DNA of 64,000 bases from an uncultured delta proteobacterium (GCA_963794325.1 CAWCDG010000007.1:32001-96000), one strand, 5' to 3'; positions 39,663 through 50,191 are shown, counted from the first letter of the stretch. The notes: generated from the sequence alone by a model not told the origin. Made by a program: numbers and translations.

Positions 39663-41324
39663 CTACCTGATCAATGTCGAGGTCGATTCGGCGACGTCGG
39701 TAACCATCCTGCCAGTCGCGGAGAAGGTTCCAGCCGTCGGATCGTAGAGATCGGCGTAACTCGATCTGCCTCCGGCGATCAGCGCGAGGCCGCTCTCGAG
39801 CACCGTCGCCATCGCGCCGATGTGAAGGTTGTGCATCGAGCCGGTGGCGGCAAAAGTCGCGCGCGCAGGATCGAAGAGCTCGGCAGTCTGCAGAAATTCC
39901 GTGTCGCTGCTCTGACCGCCCGCGATTAGCACCTTGCCGGTGGCCAGCAGAACCGCGGAATGCATCGTGCGCGCCGTCGTCATCGCGCCGACCGGTGAGA
40001 ACGTCGCCGTCTGAGGATTGAAGACCTCGGCGCTGTCGCTCGGCGCGCTATCGGCGCCGCCGCCCGCAACCAGCACGCTGCCGGCAAGAGACCCCGACAC
40101 GACAGTCGGCGAAAGCCAGGTGGCGCTATGACTTTCGCGCGGCGTACTCATCCTTCCCGTTAACGTGAACTGACCGGTCGTGGGGTCATAAAGTTCCGCG
40201 GTTGCGATGTCGCCGCCGCTCTCATCGCTGGTGCCTCCCGCGATCAGAACGTTTCCCGCCAGAGGACCGCTCGCGATCAGTGTCGCCGAATGACGCGCGC
40301 GCGTCGCCTTCATCGCACCGGTCGATGAGAACTTGCCGGTCGCCGGGTCGTACAGTGTTGCGCTCCTTAATGTGGAACCGAGCGAGCCGGCCGCCGTCGT
40401 GCCTCCTGCTATCAACACTTTGCCGTCGGCCGCGCAATTGCAGCCCGAAATCAGCGTCGCGCTATGCGCCGCGCGGGGCGTGTCCATCTTCGAGGCGAGC
40501 GCCGAAAATGTTCCTTTGATTGGATCGTACAATTCAGCCGACGACAGCGCGCGGCCCGAGGCGCCCTCGCCGCCTGCGATCAGGATCCTGCCGTTGGGCA
40601 ACACTGTCGCGGTGTGATCCGCGCGCGCATCATTCATCGATGACGTCGCAGCGAACGCGTTCTTCGCCGGATCGAAGAGCTCCGCATTCGCGAGTGCGAA
40701 TTGGCCGGCGCCCTGCCCGCCCGCCACCAGTACAAAACCAGACGGCGACGCGACCGCCGGACGTCTGGCCGGCGGAGTCCCGCCGCTCGGATTCGAGTTA
40801 GCAGGATTTATCCCGCCGCTCGACGACGCCGGTGAACTCGGCAACGACTGTCCAGTAGGCGAAGTCAGCGGCGCCGAGATGCCTCCGACCGCGCTCAACG
40901 CTATCTGCCCTGTTGGTTGCGAGTTGCCGCCGAGCAGGGGAGCGGCGCTGCCCTGATCATTCCATGCGCCCGGCGGCTGCGGTGGCTCAGAATTCTGGCC
41001 CGGCAAATCCGGAACCATCATGACCATGGTCGCGTCGCTTGATTTCTCTCCCTTCGGTGGAGGTGGCGAGAATCCGAACTGCTTTGGCAGAGCGCTCGCG
41101 ACGGGATTCGCGTGGTGCGCATGCGATGCGACGCTGGATTTTGCCGATCGCGATGTTGTCGCGACGTTTTCAGAGTGCTCGGGCGTCGAAATTGCGAAAT
41201 CGAAATGACGACGAGGACTCGGGCCGCGATCCAGCGCAACCAACGCAGTCATCGCGCTCGCGGCGATCACTCCGCCGGCAAGCAGCGCGTTGCGCATCAA
41301 CGGTCGGTCCCTCAACCCAGCCAT
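39663..41324 (-). CDS. Membrane-anchored Kelch-repeat beta-propeller protein
   Basis: N-terminal TM, Pro/Ser/Gly linker, about 6 repeats of AELxDP..F..TG.M..AR..HSAT....VLIAGG. Confidence 0.85.
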   Translation of the reverse strand: MAGLRDRPLMRNALLAGGVIAASAMTALVALDRGPSPRRHFDFAISTPEHSENVATTSRSAKSSVASHAHHANPVASALPKQFGFSPPPPKGEKSSDATMVMMVPDLPGQNSEPPQPPGAWNDQGSAAPLLGGNSQPTGQIALSAVGGISAPLTSPTGQSLPSSPASSSGGINPANSNPSGGTPPARRPAVASPSGFVLVAGGQGAGQFALANAELFDPAKNAFAATSSMNDARADHTATVLPNGRILIAGGEGASGRALSSAELYDPIKGTFSALASKMDTPRAAHSATLISGCNCAADGKVLIAGGTTAAGSLGSTLRSATLYDPATGKFSSTGAMKATRARHSATLIASGPLAGNVLIAGGTSDESGGDIATAELYDPTTGQFTLTGRMSTPRESHSATWLSPTVVSGSLAGSVLVAGGGADSAPSDSAEVFNPQTATFSPVGAMTTARTMHSAVLLATGKVLIAGGQSSDTEFLQTAELFDPARATFAATGSMHNLHIGAMATVLESGLALIAGGRSSYADLYDPTAGTFSATGRMVTDVAESTSTLIR

Positions 41325-41532
41325 CGCGAAAACCCCTCGCGCGAGCTATTCCCGGATGAGAATGGCGAAATAGTAGTACGATCGCGAGCGATTCGGAAGT
41401 CAGCGCGGGGTCGTGCGCGTCGCGAGGTTCCAGAATTCGCGTGGGCAATCGAGAAGCGAAATTCCGTGCGGGTTTATTTGGATCCTCGCGCGTGATGAAA
41501 TCTTTCGACGGATTGAAGGCATCGGCGGAATC

Positions 41533-42645
41533 TTGATCTTGGAATCGGAAACTATTCGGCCTCAGGAGGCGATCACTCCGCGGACGCCGGAGCGAGCGGT
41601 CGTGCTCGATCCTCCGCCGAGCCGGATCCTGGTCAAGGAAGTTAACTGGCTCGGCGACGTCGTAATGAGTCTGCCTGCGCTGCGGGCGATTCGGCGCACC
41701 TGGCCGCACGCCCATCTTGCGGTGCTCATCAAGAAAGAACTCGCGAGCTTCTTCGACGGTGCGCGATGGATCGACGAGGTGATTCCGTATTCGGTTGGGC
41801 GCGGGCTTTCGGGGTTTTTCGATCGGCGCAGAATTGTCGGCGATATTCGCTCGAGGCGATTCGATCTTGGCGTGCTGTTTCCGAACAGTTTCGAATCGGC
41901 GTTGTGGATCACGATGGCGGGAATTCGGCGGCGTGCCGGGTTTATCGCCGATGCGCGCGGCGCGATGCTGACGATGAAGGCAGTGCCGCCGCCGGAGGCG
42001 ATGAGTGGGCATCAGGCTGACTATTGGCTCGCGATGGTGCGCGCGACTGGCGTCGCAGATGGCAGCGCCGATGATTTTGCGATCGACGTGCATGGACCGT
42101 ATCGCGAGCGCATGCGCGAGTGGCTCGCGGCGAATCGCAAGCATCCCGAGTGTCCGGTTTTTGCGATCGCTCCCGCGGCGGCGTACGGGCCGGCCAAGGA
42201 ATGGCCCGCGGAAAGCTACGGAGCGCTGATCGATTTGCTGGCGCGTCGCGAGGATGCCGAAGTCGTGCTGGTTGGCGCGCCGTCAGAACGCGCGCATTGC
42301 GAGCAGGTTGCGCGCGCGAGCAACGCGGGCGCGATGCTCGCCGCCGGTCATACCAATATCGGCGAGCTGATTGCGCTGTTGTCACTGTGCGACGGGTTCA
42401 TCGGCAACGACTCGGGATGCATGCATCTTGCGGGCGCTCTTGGAATTCCGACCGTCGCGATTTTCGGCTCGACCAATCCCGCTCGCACCGGGCCGATGGG
42501 GCCGAAGACCCGCGTGATTTACCGCAAGCTCGAATGCAGCCCGTGCCTGGCGCGCACTTGCCGCTTCGGACATTACAATTGCCTGACGCAAATCGAACCG
42601 GCGGAACTAGCCGACGCGATAGTCGCGATGCGTGCGCCGCATTGA
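41533..42645 (+). CDS. waaF: LPS heptosyltransferase II (GT9)
   Basis: NWLGDVVM, PNSFESA, YGPAKEWP, GNDSGCMH, FGST; start uncertain. Confidence 0.88.
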   Translation: MILESETIRPQEAITPRTPERAVVLDPPPSRILVKEVNWLGDVVMSLPALRAIRRTWPHAHLAVLIKKELASFFDGARWIDEVIPYSVGRGLSGFFDRRRIVGDIRSRRFDLGVLFPNSFESALWITMAGIRRRAGFIADARGAMLTMKAVPPPEAMSGHQADYWLAMVRATGVADGSADDFAIDVHGPYRERMREWLAANRKHPECPVFAIAPAAAYGPAKEWPAESYGALIDLLARREDAEVVLVGAPSERAHCEQVARASNAGAMLAAGHTNIGELIALLSLCDGFIGNDSGCMHLAGALGIPTVAIFGSTNPARTGPMGPKTRVIYRKLECSPCLARTCRFGHYNCLTQIEPAELADAIVAMRAPH

Positions 42646-42691
42646 ATCTGAATACTGAAACCCTCACTCACGCGGACTCGGGGGCATAAAG

Positions 42692-43711
42692 ATGAAACTC
42701 AAGGAACTCGCATCGAAGCTGGGACTCGAAATCCGCGGCGACGGCGGCGTCGATATCGTCGCGCCCGCTCCGATCGAGGCGGCCGGTCCCGGCATGATCG
42801 TGTTTATAGCGAGCTCGAAGTACGCACCGGCGCTGCAATCCAGCGTTTCGGCGGCGATTACGACGGCGGATCTGGCGGAGGGCGCGAAGTGCGCGACGCT
42901 TATCAGCGCGAATCCGTACGCGGACTTCGCGCGCGTGCTCGAGATTTTTTTTCCGCCGTACCGGCCAGTCCCGGGAATCGATCCGCGCGCTTCAATCGCG
43001 CCTGACGCGACGATTGGTGCGAACGCCTCGGTCGGCGCGTCGGCCGTGATCGGCGCGGGCGTGACGATTGGCCGCGACGCTGTGATTCATCCGAACGTGA
43101 CGATTTATCCCAACGTGCGCATCGGCGATCGCTTCACCGCGCACAGCGGCGTGTCGATTCGCGAAGGCGCGGTCATCGGAAATCGCGTGACGCTTTTGAA
43201 CGGAGCGGTGATCGGCGCCGATGGATTCGGATTCGTCGAGGAGAAAGCCGGCTTGATCAAAATTCCGCAAGTCGGGATCGTTATACTAGAGGACGATGTG
43301 GAGATTGGCGCGAACTCGACGGTCGATCGCGCGATGATGGGCGCGACCGTGCTCCATCGCGGGGTCAAACTCGACGACCAGGTGCATATCGGGCACAACT
43401 GCGAAATCGGCGAATACTCGCGATTCTCGGGGCACACCGGAATCTCCGGCTCGACGCGAATCGGCAAATGGTGCCTGTTCGGCGGACAGGTCGGATGCGC
43501 TGACCACGTGACCATCGGCGATCGCGTGATGGTGGTGGCGAAGGCCGGAATCCACAACGACTTGAAGGACGGCGCGGTCGTCTCGGGGATTCCCGCCGTC
43601 GACGTGCGCAAGTTTCGTCGTTACGCCGTGGTGCTCACGCGGCTGCCCGAAATAATTCGGCGCGTGCGCGCGCTGGAGCATCGCGCCGGCATCGATCACC
43701 ACGAGGGGTGA
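42692..43711 (+). CDS. lpxD: UDP-3-O-(3-hydroxyacyl)glucosamine N-acyltransferase
   Basis: Hexapeptide repeats, GADGFGF, KIPQVG, EIGANSTVDR, QVHIGHN. Confidence 0.95.
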   Translation: MKLKELASKLGLEIRGDGGVDIVAPAPIEAAGPGMIVFIASSKYAPALQSSVSAAITTADLAEGAKCATLISANPYADFARVLEIFFPPYRPVPGIDPRASIAPDATIGANASVGASAVIGAGVTIGRDAVIHPNVTIYPNVRIGDRFTAHSGVSIREGAVIGNRVTLLNGAVIGADGFGFVEEKAGLIKIPQVGIVILEDDVEIGANSTVDRAMMGATVLHRGVKLDDQVHIGHNCEIGEYSRFSGHTGISGSTRIGKWCLFGGQVGCADHVTIGDRVMVVAKAGIHNDLKDGAVVSGIPAVDVRKFRRYAVVLTRLPEIIRRVRALEHRAGIDHHEG

Positions 43712-43731
43712 ACGTCGACGCGATCGGCGAA

Positions 43732-43956
43732 ATGCAGAAGCCGGCACAATTGTTTGCGACGATCGCGATAGCAACGGCCGCCGCGATCTTTTGTTCGGGA
43801 TGTCCGGCGCTGATGATTCCGGGGCTCGCGTACTCTGGCTACAAATACGAGCATGACAAAAATCAGCCGGCGGCAAGCGCGTCGAGTACGAGCACGCAGA
43901 GCAGCAAGGCGACCGCCTCGCCGCAACAGAAAATTCCTGACAGCGAAATCGAATAG
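43732..43956 (+). CDS. Small putative lipoprotein
   Basis: Hydrophobic leader with CSGC lipobox; sits in operon after lpxD. Confidence 0.55.
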   Translation: MQKPAQLFATIAIATAAAIFCSGCPALMIPGLAYSGYKYEHDKNQPAASASSTSTQSSKATASPQQKIPDSEIE

Positions 43957-43974
43957 CGGATTCGGGCATCGCGC

Positions 43975-44907
43975 GTGGCCGATCTGACGTTCACGCTTCA
44001 GCCGCGGCCGCCGTTTCGTCTCGACCTGACGGTGTGGGCGCTTCGCCGGCGTGCGCATAATGTCGTCGATCGATTCGACGACGGCAGTTGGCGTCGCATG
44101 CTGGTGATCGGCAAGTTGCCGACGGCCGTCGCAGTCAGGCAGACGCGCGACGGCGAGCGCCCGGAAATCGAAGTGAGAATTACCGCGACGCGACCTCGTG
44201 CGGTGAAGGCCGAAGTCGCCGCGATTGTCACCAGGATGCTCGGACTCGATTTCGATCTGTCGCCCTTTTACCGCCTCGCGCACAAAGATCCGCATTTGCG
44301 CGAGCTCGCTGAGCGTCTGCGCGGAATGAAGCCGGTGCGCTACGCGACTGTGTTTGAAGCCTTCGCCAATGCGGTCGCATGCCAGCTTGTTTCGCTGAGT
44401 GCGGGGATGCACGTCCTCAACCGGCTGGCGACAGCGTTCGGCGTGAGCGCCGAGGTCGATGGAATCGCCGCGCCGATGCGATCATTCCCGCTGGCCGCCC
44501 GCGTGGCCCGCTCGAATCCTGATGCGATGCGCGCGCTCGGACTTAGCAGGCAGAAGGGAGAATATCTGATCGGACTTGCGCAGCTTGCCAATGATCCACA
44601 GGATCGCGACTTCGCGTCGATTGGACGGCTCACCGACGATGACGCCATCGCGCGCCTGTCAAAAATTCGTGGGGTTGGACGCTGGACCGCTGAATACGTG
44701 ATGCTGCGCGGCTTCGGGCGCATCAACATCTTCCCCGGCGACGACGTCGGCGCTCGCAACAAACTGTTCGAATGGCTCGGCGTGACTGACGCGCCGACTT
44801 ACGACCGAGTCGGCAAGATGCTCGAGCGGTGGCATCCGTACGGCGGACTCATCTATCTTCACCTGATTGTGAATGCGGTCGCCAAAGGCGGCCTCGTCGC
44901 GGCCTGA
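43975..44907 (+). CDS. alkA: DNA-3-methyladenine glycosylase II (HhH-GPD)
   Basis: PPFRLD, QLVS, KIRGVGRWTAEY, FPGDD, WHPY. Confidence 0.85.
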   Translation: MADLTFTLQPRPPFRLDLTVWALRRRAHNVVDRFDDGSWRRMLVIGKLPTAVAVRQTRDGERPEIEVRITATRPRAVKAEVAAIVTRMLGLDFDLSPFYRLAHKDPHLRELAERLRGMKPVRYATVFEAFANAVACQLVSLSAGMHVLNRLATAFGVSAEVDGIAAPMRSFPLAARVARSNPDAMRALGLSRQKGEYLIGLAQLANDPQDRDFASIGRLTDDDAIARLSKIRGVGRWTAEYVMLRGFGRINIFPGDDVGARNKLFEWLGVTDAPTYDRVGKMLERWHPYGGLIYLHLIVNAVAKGGLVAA

Positions 44908-44925
44908 AATTGACGGGAGGGTTCG

Positions 44926-45318
44926 GTGCTCGCGTATCTTCTGATTGCGATTGGCAGTGCGCTCGGCGGGATGGGACGATACTTCGTCTCCGGCATCATC
45001 ACCACGCTCACCGGCGGCACGTTTCCATACGGCACGATGCTGGTGAATATCACCGGATGCCTGCTGATTGGATTTTTTGCGACGCTGACCGGACCCGACG
45101 GACGTATGCTGGTGGGGACACCCACGCGGCAGTTCGTGATGATTGGAATCTGCGGCGGCTACACGACGTTCTCGAGTTTCTCGCTCGAGACGCTTTACCT
45201 GATGCAGGCCGGCGAGTGGATGCCGGCGACGGTGAACGCCTTTGGTTCGGTTATCCTGTGCCTCGTGTCAGTATCGATCGGGTACGTCGCCGCGACGGCG
45301 CTCAACCGGGGAGTGTAG
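44926..45318 (+). CDS. crcB: Fluoride channel Fluc/CrcB
   Basis: GGMGRY, FPYGT..VN..G, GICGGYTTFSSF. Confidence 0.95.
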   Translation: MLAYLLIAIGSALGGMGRYFVSGIITTLTGGTFPYGTMLVNITGCLLIGFFATLTGPDGRMLVGTPTRQFVMIGICGGYTTFSSFSLETLYLMQAGEWMPATVNAFGSVILCLVSVSIGYVAATALNRGV

Positions 45319-45320
45319 CC

Positions 45321-45665
45321 ATGCAAATCCCACGCGATGCGGTCTTGCTGAGAATTTTCATCGGCGAGAGCGAGCGCTCGGACCACAAGCCGCTGTACGA
45401 AGCGATCGTGCTCAAGGCGCGCGAGCTGCAACTCGGCGGCGCGACGGTGCTGCGCGGCCCGATGGGTTTCGGCAGATCCAGCCATCTGCATTCGGCGAAA
45501 ATTCTGCGGCTCTCGGAAGACCTGCCGATGGTCATCGAAATCGTGGACAGCCAGGCGAAGATCGACGCCTTCCTTCCGGTGCTCGACAAGATGATGGGGT
45601 CGGGACTGATCACGGTCGAGAAGGTGCAGGTACTACAATACGGCGACGGGAAATCGAAACCTTAA
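45321..45665 (+). CDS. DUF190 PII-like protein
   Basis: LLRIFIGE, GATVLRG..GFG, LSEDLPMVIEIVD; usual crcB neighbour. Confidence 0.9.
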   Translation: MQIPRDAVLLRIFIGESERSDHKPLYEAIVLKARELQLGGATVLRGPMGFGRSSHLHSAKILRLSEDLPMVIEIVDSQAKIDAFLPVLDKMMGSGLITVEKVQVLQYGDGKSKP

Positions 45666-45680
45666 GCGAGGAGCAGAAAC

Positions 45681-46082
45681 GTGGATAAAAAATATATCAA
45701 TCCGGATACGCTGATGACGCCGCGCGGCTTTACCCAGGTCGTGACGATCGCGGGGCCGGCGAAGTTGGTATTCATTTCGGGCCAGGTGGCGGTCGACAAG
45801 GAAGGCAAGCTGGTTGGACCCGGCGACTTGAAGGCGCAAATTCGTCAGGCCGCCAGCAATCTGAAAGCCGCGCTGACCGCCGCAGGAGCTACCGCCGCCG
45901 ACATCGTGAAGACCAATACCTATATCGTGAACTACAAGCAGTCCGACTATTCAGCGATGCGCGAAGCGCGGGCCGAGCTGTTCCCCGAAGGCGAGCCGCC
46001 GGCCTCAACGATGGTCGGCGTGACCTCGCTCGCAATCGACGGCCTGATGGTTGAGATGGAGGCGATCGCCGCGGTGAAGTGA
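45681..46082 (+). CDS. RidA/YjgF family protein
   Basis: ISGQV, PASTMVGV..L...VEMEAIA. Confidence 0.9.
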   Translation: MDKKYINPDTLMTPRGFTQVVTIAGPAKLVFISGQVAVDKEGKLVGPGDLKAQIRQAASNLKAALTAAGATAADIVKTNTYIVNYKQSDYSAMREARAELFPEGEPPASTMVGVTSLAIDGLMVEMEAIAAVK

Positions 46083-46308
46083 TCGCCGCGAAGAATCCCG
46101 GCTCCTTCTTTAGTTAGTCGTGATCGGGCCACTTGCGGCCTCCGAATACCTCGCTCGTTACTTTACGGGAGAGGAGGCCTGGGGGCGCAGCCGCCGGCAG
46201 GTTAGGGTTCTGGGCTTCAAGCTACAAGCGCGCAATGTCGCCGCCCGCTCTTTGCCGTTTTCTCATTCTGAGCGAAACCTTCCTTGTGTCATTCAGCCCC
46301 TCCACCAC

Positions 46309-46337
46309 AGCCCGGGGCGGGAATTAACCCCGGACTA
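46309..46337 (-). repeat. GTAG-type REP-like hairpin
   Basis: Minus strand GTAGTCCGGGGTTAATTCCCGCCCCGGG in an intergenic gap with other degenerate REP-like pieces. Confidence 0.35.
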
Positions 46338-46498
46338 CCTCCAAGTTATAATTTCTTACAATTTGATTCGTCCGCGCGGTCATAGTAGACAGTAGGGTTC
46401 ATCGGCAACGTTGCCGGCGGGAGCTTGACTTGCAGGGAGGAAATATAGTGGAAGCAGAAGCGCAAACAGCCGTTGTTTCTCACCGAGGGACTGGGACG

Positions 46499-47758
46499 AT
46501 GAACACTATTGAAGAAACTTATCGCGCGGCCACCGAAAAATCCGCGCAGCTCGCCAAGCGCGCCGAGCGCGTGATGCCCGGCGGCGACACCCGCACCACC
46601 ACCTTCTACCGCCCCTACCCGCTCGCAATGAAACGGGGCGAGGGACCTTACTTGTGGGACGTTGACGGCAACCGCTATATCGATCTGCTCGGCAACTACA
46701 CCAGCCTGGTTCACGGCAACGCGTATCCGCCGATCGTCGAGGCGGTAACCAAGGCGGTGAAGGATGGCAGCTCGTGGCCGGCGCGCTCGGAGGCGCAGGT
46801 CGAGCTGGCGACGCTGTTGTGCGAACGCGTCGAGTCGGTCGAGCGCGTGCGATTTTGCAATTCGGGCACCGAAGCCGGGATGCTCGCGGCGCACGTCGCG
46901 CGGCGCCTCACCGGACGCAAGCTCATCCTGATGGCGCGCTATGGCTATCATGGATCGTACGACGATTTGGAAGTCGGGCTGGCGGGACAGGACGGCGAGC
47001 GCACGATGCTCGCGGACTTCGGCGAAGCGACCGCCTTCGAGGCGTTGCTGTCGGAGCGCGGCGCGGAAATTGCCGCGGTGTTCCTCGAGCCGGTACTCGG
47101 CTCAGCTGGAGTGGTGGAGCCGCCGGCCGGATTCCTCGAGCGCGTGGCCGAAGCGACGCGTCGCGCCGGTGCGATGTTCATCGTTGACGAAGTAATCACG
47201 CTCCGGCTCGCCGAAGGCGGCGGGCAGCAGATTTTCGAGGTCAAGCCCGACCTCACGATGTTCGGCAAGATCATCGGCGGCGGATTTCCGGTCGGCGCGA
47301 TCGGCGGCAGCGAGGACGTGATGTCGGCGTTCGACCCGCGCAATCGCGGATCGATTTTTCATTCGGGAACTTTCAACGGCAATCCGGTCACCTGCACGGC
47401 CGGCGCCGTCTCGATCCGCGAGCTGACCCAGGCCCGAATCGACAAGATGGCCAAGCAGGGCGAGCGGCTGGCCGCCGAGCTGGCGCGCGCGGCGCGTCAG
47501 GTGGAGCTGCCGTTTTCGGTGCGGCAATACGGATCGCTGATGAACATATTTTTTCTCAAGGATCCGCCGCCCGCGACCATCGCCCGCGACGACGCTCGCG
47601 CCGTCGCCAATTTCCATCTGGCCGCGCTCAACCAGGGCTTGTTTCTCGCGCCACGCGGCATGATCGCGCTCTCGACCGTGATCACTGACGAAGTCCTGAG
47701 CGAGATTTGCGAGCGCGCCGCGAAGGCGATGGCCGACGTCGCACAAGCCGGCGAGTAG
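46499..47758 (+). CDS. Class III PLP aminotransferase (GSA-aminomutase-like)
   Basis: DVDGNRYID, NSGTEA, YHG, DEVIT, GKIIGGGFP, HSGTFNGNP. Confidence 0.88.
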   Translation: MNTIEETYRAATEKSAQLAKRAERVMPGGDTRTTTFYRPYPLAMKRGEGPYLWDVDGNRYIDLLGNYTSLVHGNAYPPIVEAVTKAVKDGSSWPARSEAQVELATLLCERVESVERVRFCNSGTEAGMLAAHVARRLTGRKLILMARYGYHGSYDDLEVGLAGQDGERTMLADFGEATAFEALLSERGAEIAAVFLEPVLGSAGVVEPPAGFLERVAEATRRAGAMFIVDEVITLRLAEGGGQQIFEVKPDLTMFGKIIGGGFPVGAIGGSEDVMSAFDPRNRGSIFHSGTFNGNPVTCTAGAVSIRELTQARIDKMAKQGERLAAELARAARQVELPFSVRQYGSLMNIFFLKDPPPATIARDDARAVANFHLAALNQGLFLAPRGMIALSTVITDEVLSEICERAAKAMADVAQAGE

Positions 47759-47791
47759 CGCAGCATCCGCACGTAACTTCTCTGGAACTAC

Positions 47792-47826
47792 AGAAACCCG
47801 CGTTACCTTGACGCGGGTTTCTTTAT
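47792..47826 (+). terminator. Intrinsic terminator
   Basis: AGAAACCCGCGT...ACGCGGGTTTCT followed by a T-rich tail. Confidence 0.65.
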
Positions 47827-47993
47827 GTCGTCGGCGTTTACAATCGCGACGCAGAATTGACTCGCGCCCGTCACGCGAAATTTGCCGCGGCGAAAAATCT
47901 CATTCATCGCGCCGTCAAATTCTCCCGCTATGTTGCGCGTCGCGGATCAAATTGGTCCGCGGCAAACCACATTCCCAGGGAGGAATACTCATC

Positions 47994-49658
47994 ATGCGAG
48001 GAACCAAGTTACTCGCGCGCGCTATCAGTGCGCTCGCGATCACTTCTATCTGCGCCGGGCCGGCGATGGCGAAGCCGCCGATGCCGCCAGCGACGGCCAC
48101 ACCGATCCAGCACGTCGTCGTGATCTTTCAGGAGAATGTCTCGTTCGATCATTACTTCGGCAGTTATCCGAACGCGGCTGGATTCGTCGCGCAGCCCGGA
48201 ACCCCGACCGTCAACGGATTGACCGGCGCGCTCCTGACCAACAATCCAAACAAGAACAATCCGTCGAATGTCCCGCCGATCAACCCGTTCCTTCTCGATC
48301 GCTCGCAGGCGTCGACCTGCGATCAGGATCACAATTACGGCGACGAGCAGGCCGCCTTCGATATGGGTCTGATGGATCTGTTCCCAGCCACCGTCGGCGT
48401 GGGTTCGAGCTCGTTTTGCCTAACCCACTATTCCTACGGAATGGGCAAGGGCATCGTCGAAGGCTACTTCGATGGCGACACCGTTACGGCGTTGTGGAAC
48501 TACGCGCAGAACTACGCGCTGAACGACAATTTCTACGGCACGACTTTCGGACCTTCGACTCCCGGACTGTTGAACCTGGTCGCCGGCAACACCTATCCGG
48601 CGACTCCCAGCGCGAGCACGTCGAAGGTGGTCGATATTAGTGGTGGCCAAGGCACCCTGGTCGGCGACCTCGATCCGACGGGCGATACCTGTTCCGGTTC
48701 GCCGACCATCGTGATGGGCGGAAAGAACATCGGCGACCTGCTCAACGAGCAGGGCTTGAGTTGGGGTTCGTTCATGGGCGGATTCGATTTGACGATCACG
48801 AACACTAACGGCACAACCTTATGCAAACGGTCGAGCCCGGCAACTGCCGCAAACGACACCATGAATGTCCCTCCACTGCCGGGTGACAACAATTTCACCG
48901 CGGACTACATCCCGCACCATGCTTTCTTCCAGTATTGGACGAGCACCGCGAACCCCACTCACGCTCGGCCCTCTGTTCCGGCCAGCGAGTACGGCATGTT
49001 CAGTGCGCCCACCGACGCCGCCAACCACAACTACGACATTAACGACTTCTACGACGCGCTCGATGCGCACAATCTGCCGGCAGTCAGCTTCCTCAAGGCG
49101 CCGGCGAACATGGACGGCCACGCGGGCTACTCCGACCCGCTGCTGGAGCAGCAGTTCGTGGTCAACGTCATCAACGCGATTCAGAGTTCCGAGTTCTGGA
49201 AAAACACCGCGGTAGTGATCACCTGGGACGATTCAGACGGCTGGTATGACCATCAAATGAGCCCGATCATCAACCCCTCCGCCGTCACGCAGACAGGATT
49301 CACGACCTCGCAGAACTTTTCGGCCAGCGATCAACTCAACGGCGTCGGCAAGTGCGGCAATGGAACTCCACTCGACAGCATCCAGGGTCGCTGCGGATAC
49401 GGACCGCGAATCCCGATGCTGGTGATCTCGCCGTTTGCGAAGCAGAACTTCGTCGATCGCACGTTGACCGACCATAGTTCGATCATCCACTTCATCGAGG
49501 ACAACTGGAGCCTCGGAAGGATCGGCAACGGTTCATTCGATGCGATTTCGGGGTCAATCGAGAACATGTTCGACTTTACACAGAAGGTGAACCCAGGCCA
49601 TCAAAACCAGACCTTGCTGAATCCATCGACTGGTGAGGTGACCGGCGGCCACAAGTAA
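47994..49658 (+). CDS. Secreted phosphoesterase (phospholipase C/AcpA family)
   Basis: GGGAGG RBS, signal peptide, ENVSFDHYFG, GPSTP, DGH, WDDSDGWYDH, GPRIP. Confidence 0.9.
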   Translation: MRGTKLLARAISALAITSICAGPAMAKPPMPPATATPIQHVVVIFQENVSFDHYFGSYPNAAGFVAQPGTPTVNGLTGALLTNNPNKNNPSNVPPINPFLLDRSQASTCDQDHNYGDEQAAFDMGLMDLFPATVGVGSSSFCLTHYSYGMGKGIVEGYFDGDTVTALWNYAQNYALNDNFYGTTFGPSTPGLLNLVAGNTYPATPSASTSKVVDISGGQGTLVGDLDPTGDTCSGSPTIVMGGKNIGDLLNEQGLSWGSFMGGFDLTITNTNGTTLCKRSSPATAANDTMNVPPLPGDNNFTADYIPHHAFFQYWTSTANPTHARPSVPASEYGMFSAPTDAANHNYDINDFYDALDAHNLPAVSFLKAPANMDGHAGYSDPLLEQQFVVNVINAIQSSEFWKNTAVVITWDDSDGWYDHQMSPIINPSAVTQTGFTTSQNFSASDQLNGVGKCGNGTPLDSIQGRCGYGPRIPMLVISPFAKQNFVDRTLTDHSSIIHFIEDNWSLGRIGNGSFDAISGSIENMFDFTQKVNPGHQNQTLLNPSTGEVTGGHK

Positions 49659-49687
49659 GCACGATCATCTGGTCTGAAAAATGGAAA

Positions 49688-49722
49688 CGGGCGCGTGCGA
49701 TGCACGCGCCCGCTCCTTTTTC
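49688..49722 (+). terminator. Intrinsic terminator
   Basis: CGGGCGCGTGC-gat-GCACGCGCCCG then CTCCTTTTT. Confidence 0.7.
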
Positions 49723-49747
49723 CTTGTGAGCGCCGATTCCGGCGAGA

Positions 49748-50191
49748 CTACGCCGCCTTCAGTTCCGACGTGCAATGAGGGCATCGCGTGGCGGGGAGCG
49801 GGATCGGTGTCGCGCAATACGGGCAATCCTTGGTGTTGGTCGGTAGCGGTTTGTCTGCGCCCGTCAGGTGATTAACCCACTTCACCAGCAGAAAGACCGC
49901 GAACGCGATTATCACGAAATCGATGATCGTGTTGATGAACAATCCAATGTTCATGGTCGGCGCGCCGGCCTTCTTCGCGTCCGCGATTGTGGCGTAATGC
50001 TTCGACGAAAGATTGATGAACAGGTTCGAGAAATCGACCGCGCCGAGCGCGAGGCCAATCGGCGGCATCAGGATGTCGGTGGTGAACGACGTGACGATTT
50101 TTCCGAACGCGGCGCCCACCACAAAGCCGACCGCGAGATCGATCACGTTGCCCTTGATTGCGAACGCTTTGAACTCTGAGAGTATCGACAC
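49748..50191 (-). CDS. mscL: Large-conductance mechanosensitive channel with C-terminal zinc ribbon
   Basis: [30 protein letters not shown]; tail CPYC-x9-CPHC. Confidence 0.93.
   Translation of the reverse strand: MSILSEFKAFAIKGNVIDLAVGFVVGAAFGKIVTSFTTDILMPPIGLALGAVDFSNLFINLSSKHYATIADAKKAGAPTMNIGLFINTIIDFVIIAFAVFLLVKWVNHLTGADKPLPTNTKDCPYCATPIPLPATRCPHCTSELKAA

Noticed and set aside
44829-45320. Long N-terminal extension of DUF190, and a fluoride riboswitch before crcB
   Set aside because: The extension overlaps crcB off-frame; only 18 nt lie between alkA and crcB and no riboswitch consensus is visible
46499-47758. Calling this gene hemL
   Set aside because: N-terminal motif is PGGDTR rather than PGGVNSPVR and no tetrapyrrole genes are nearby
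47881-47967. Inverted repeat TTTGCCGCGG/CCGCGGCAAA upstream of the phosphoesterase as a riboswitch
   Set aside because: Single 10-bp GC-rich match with no recognisable aptamer features
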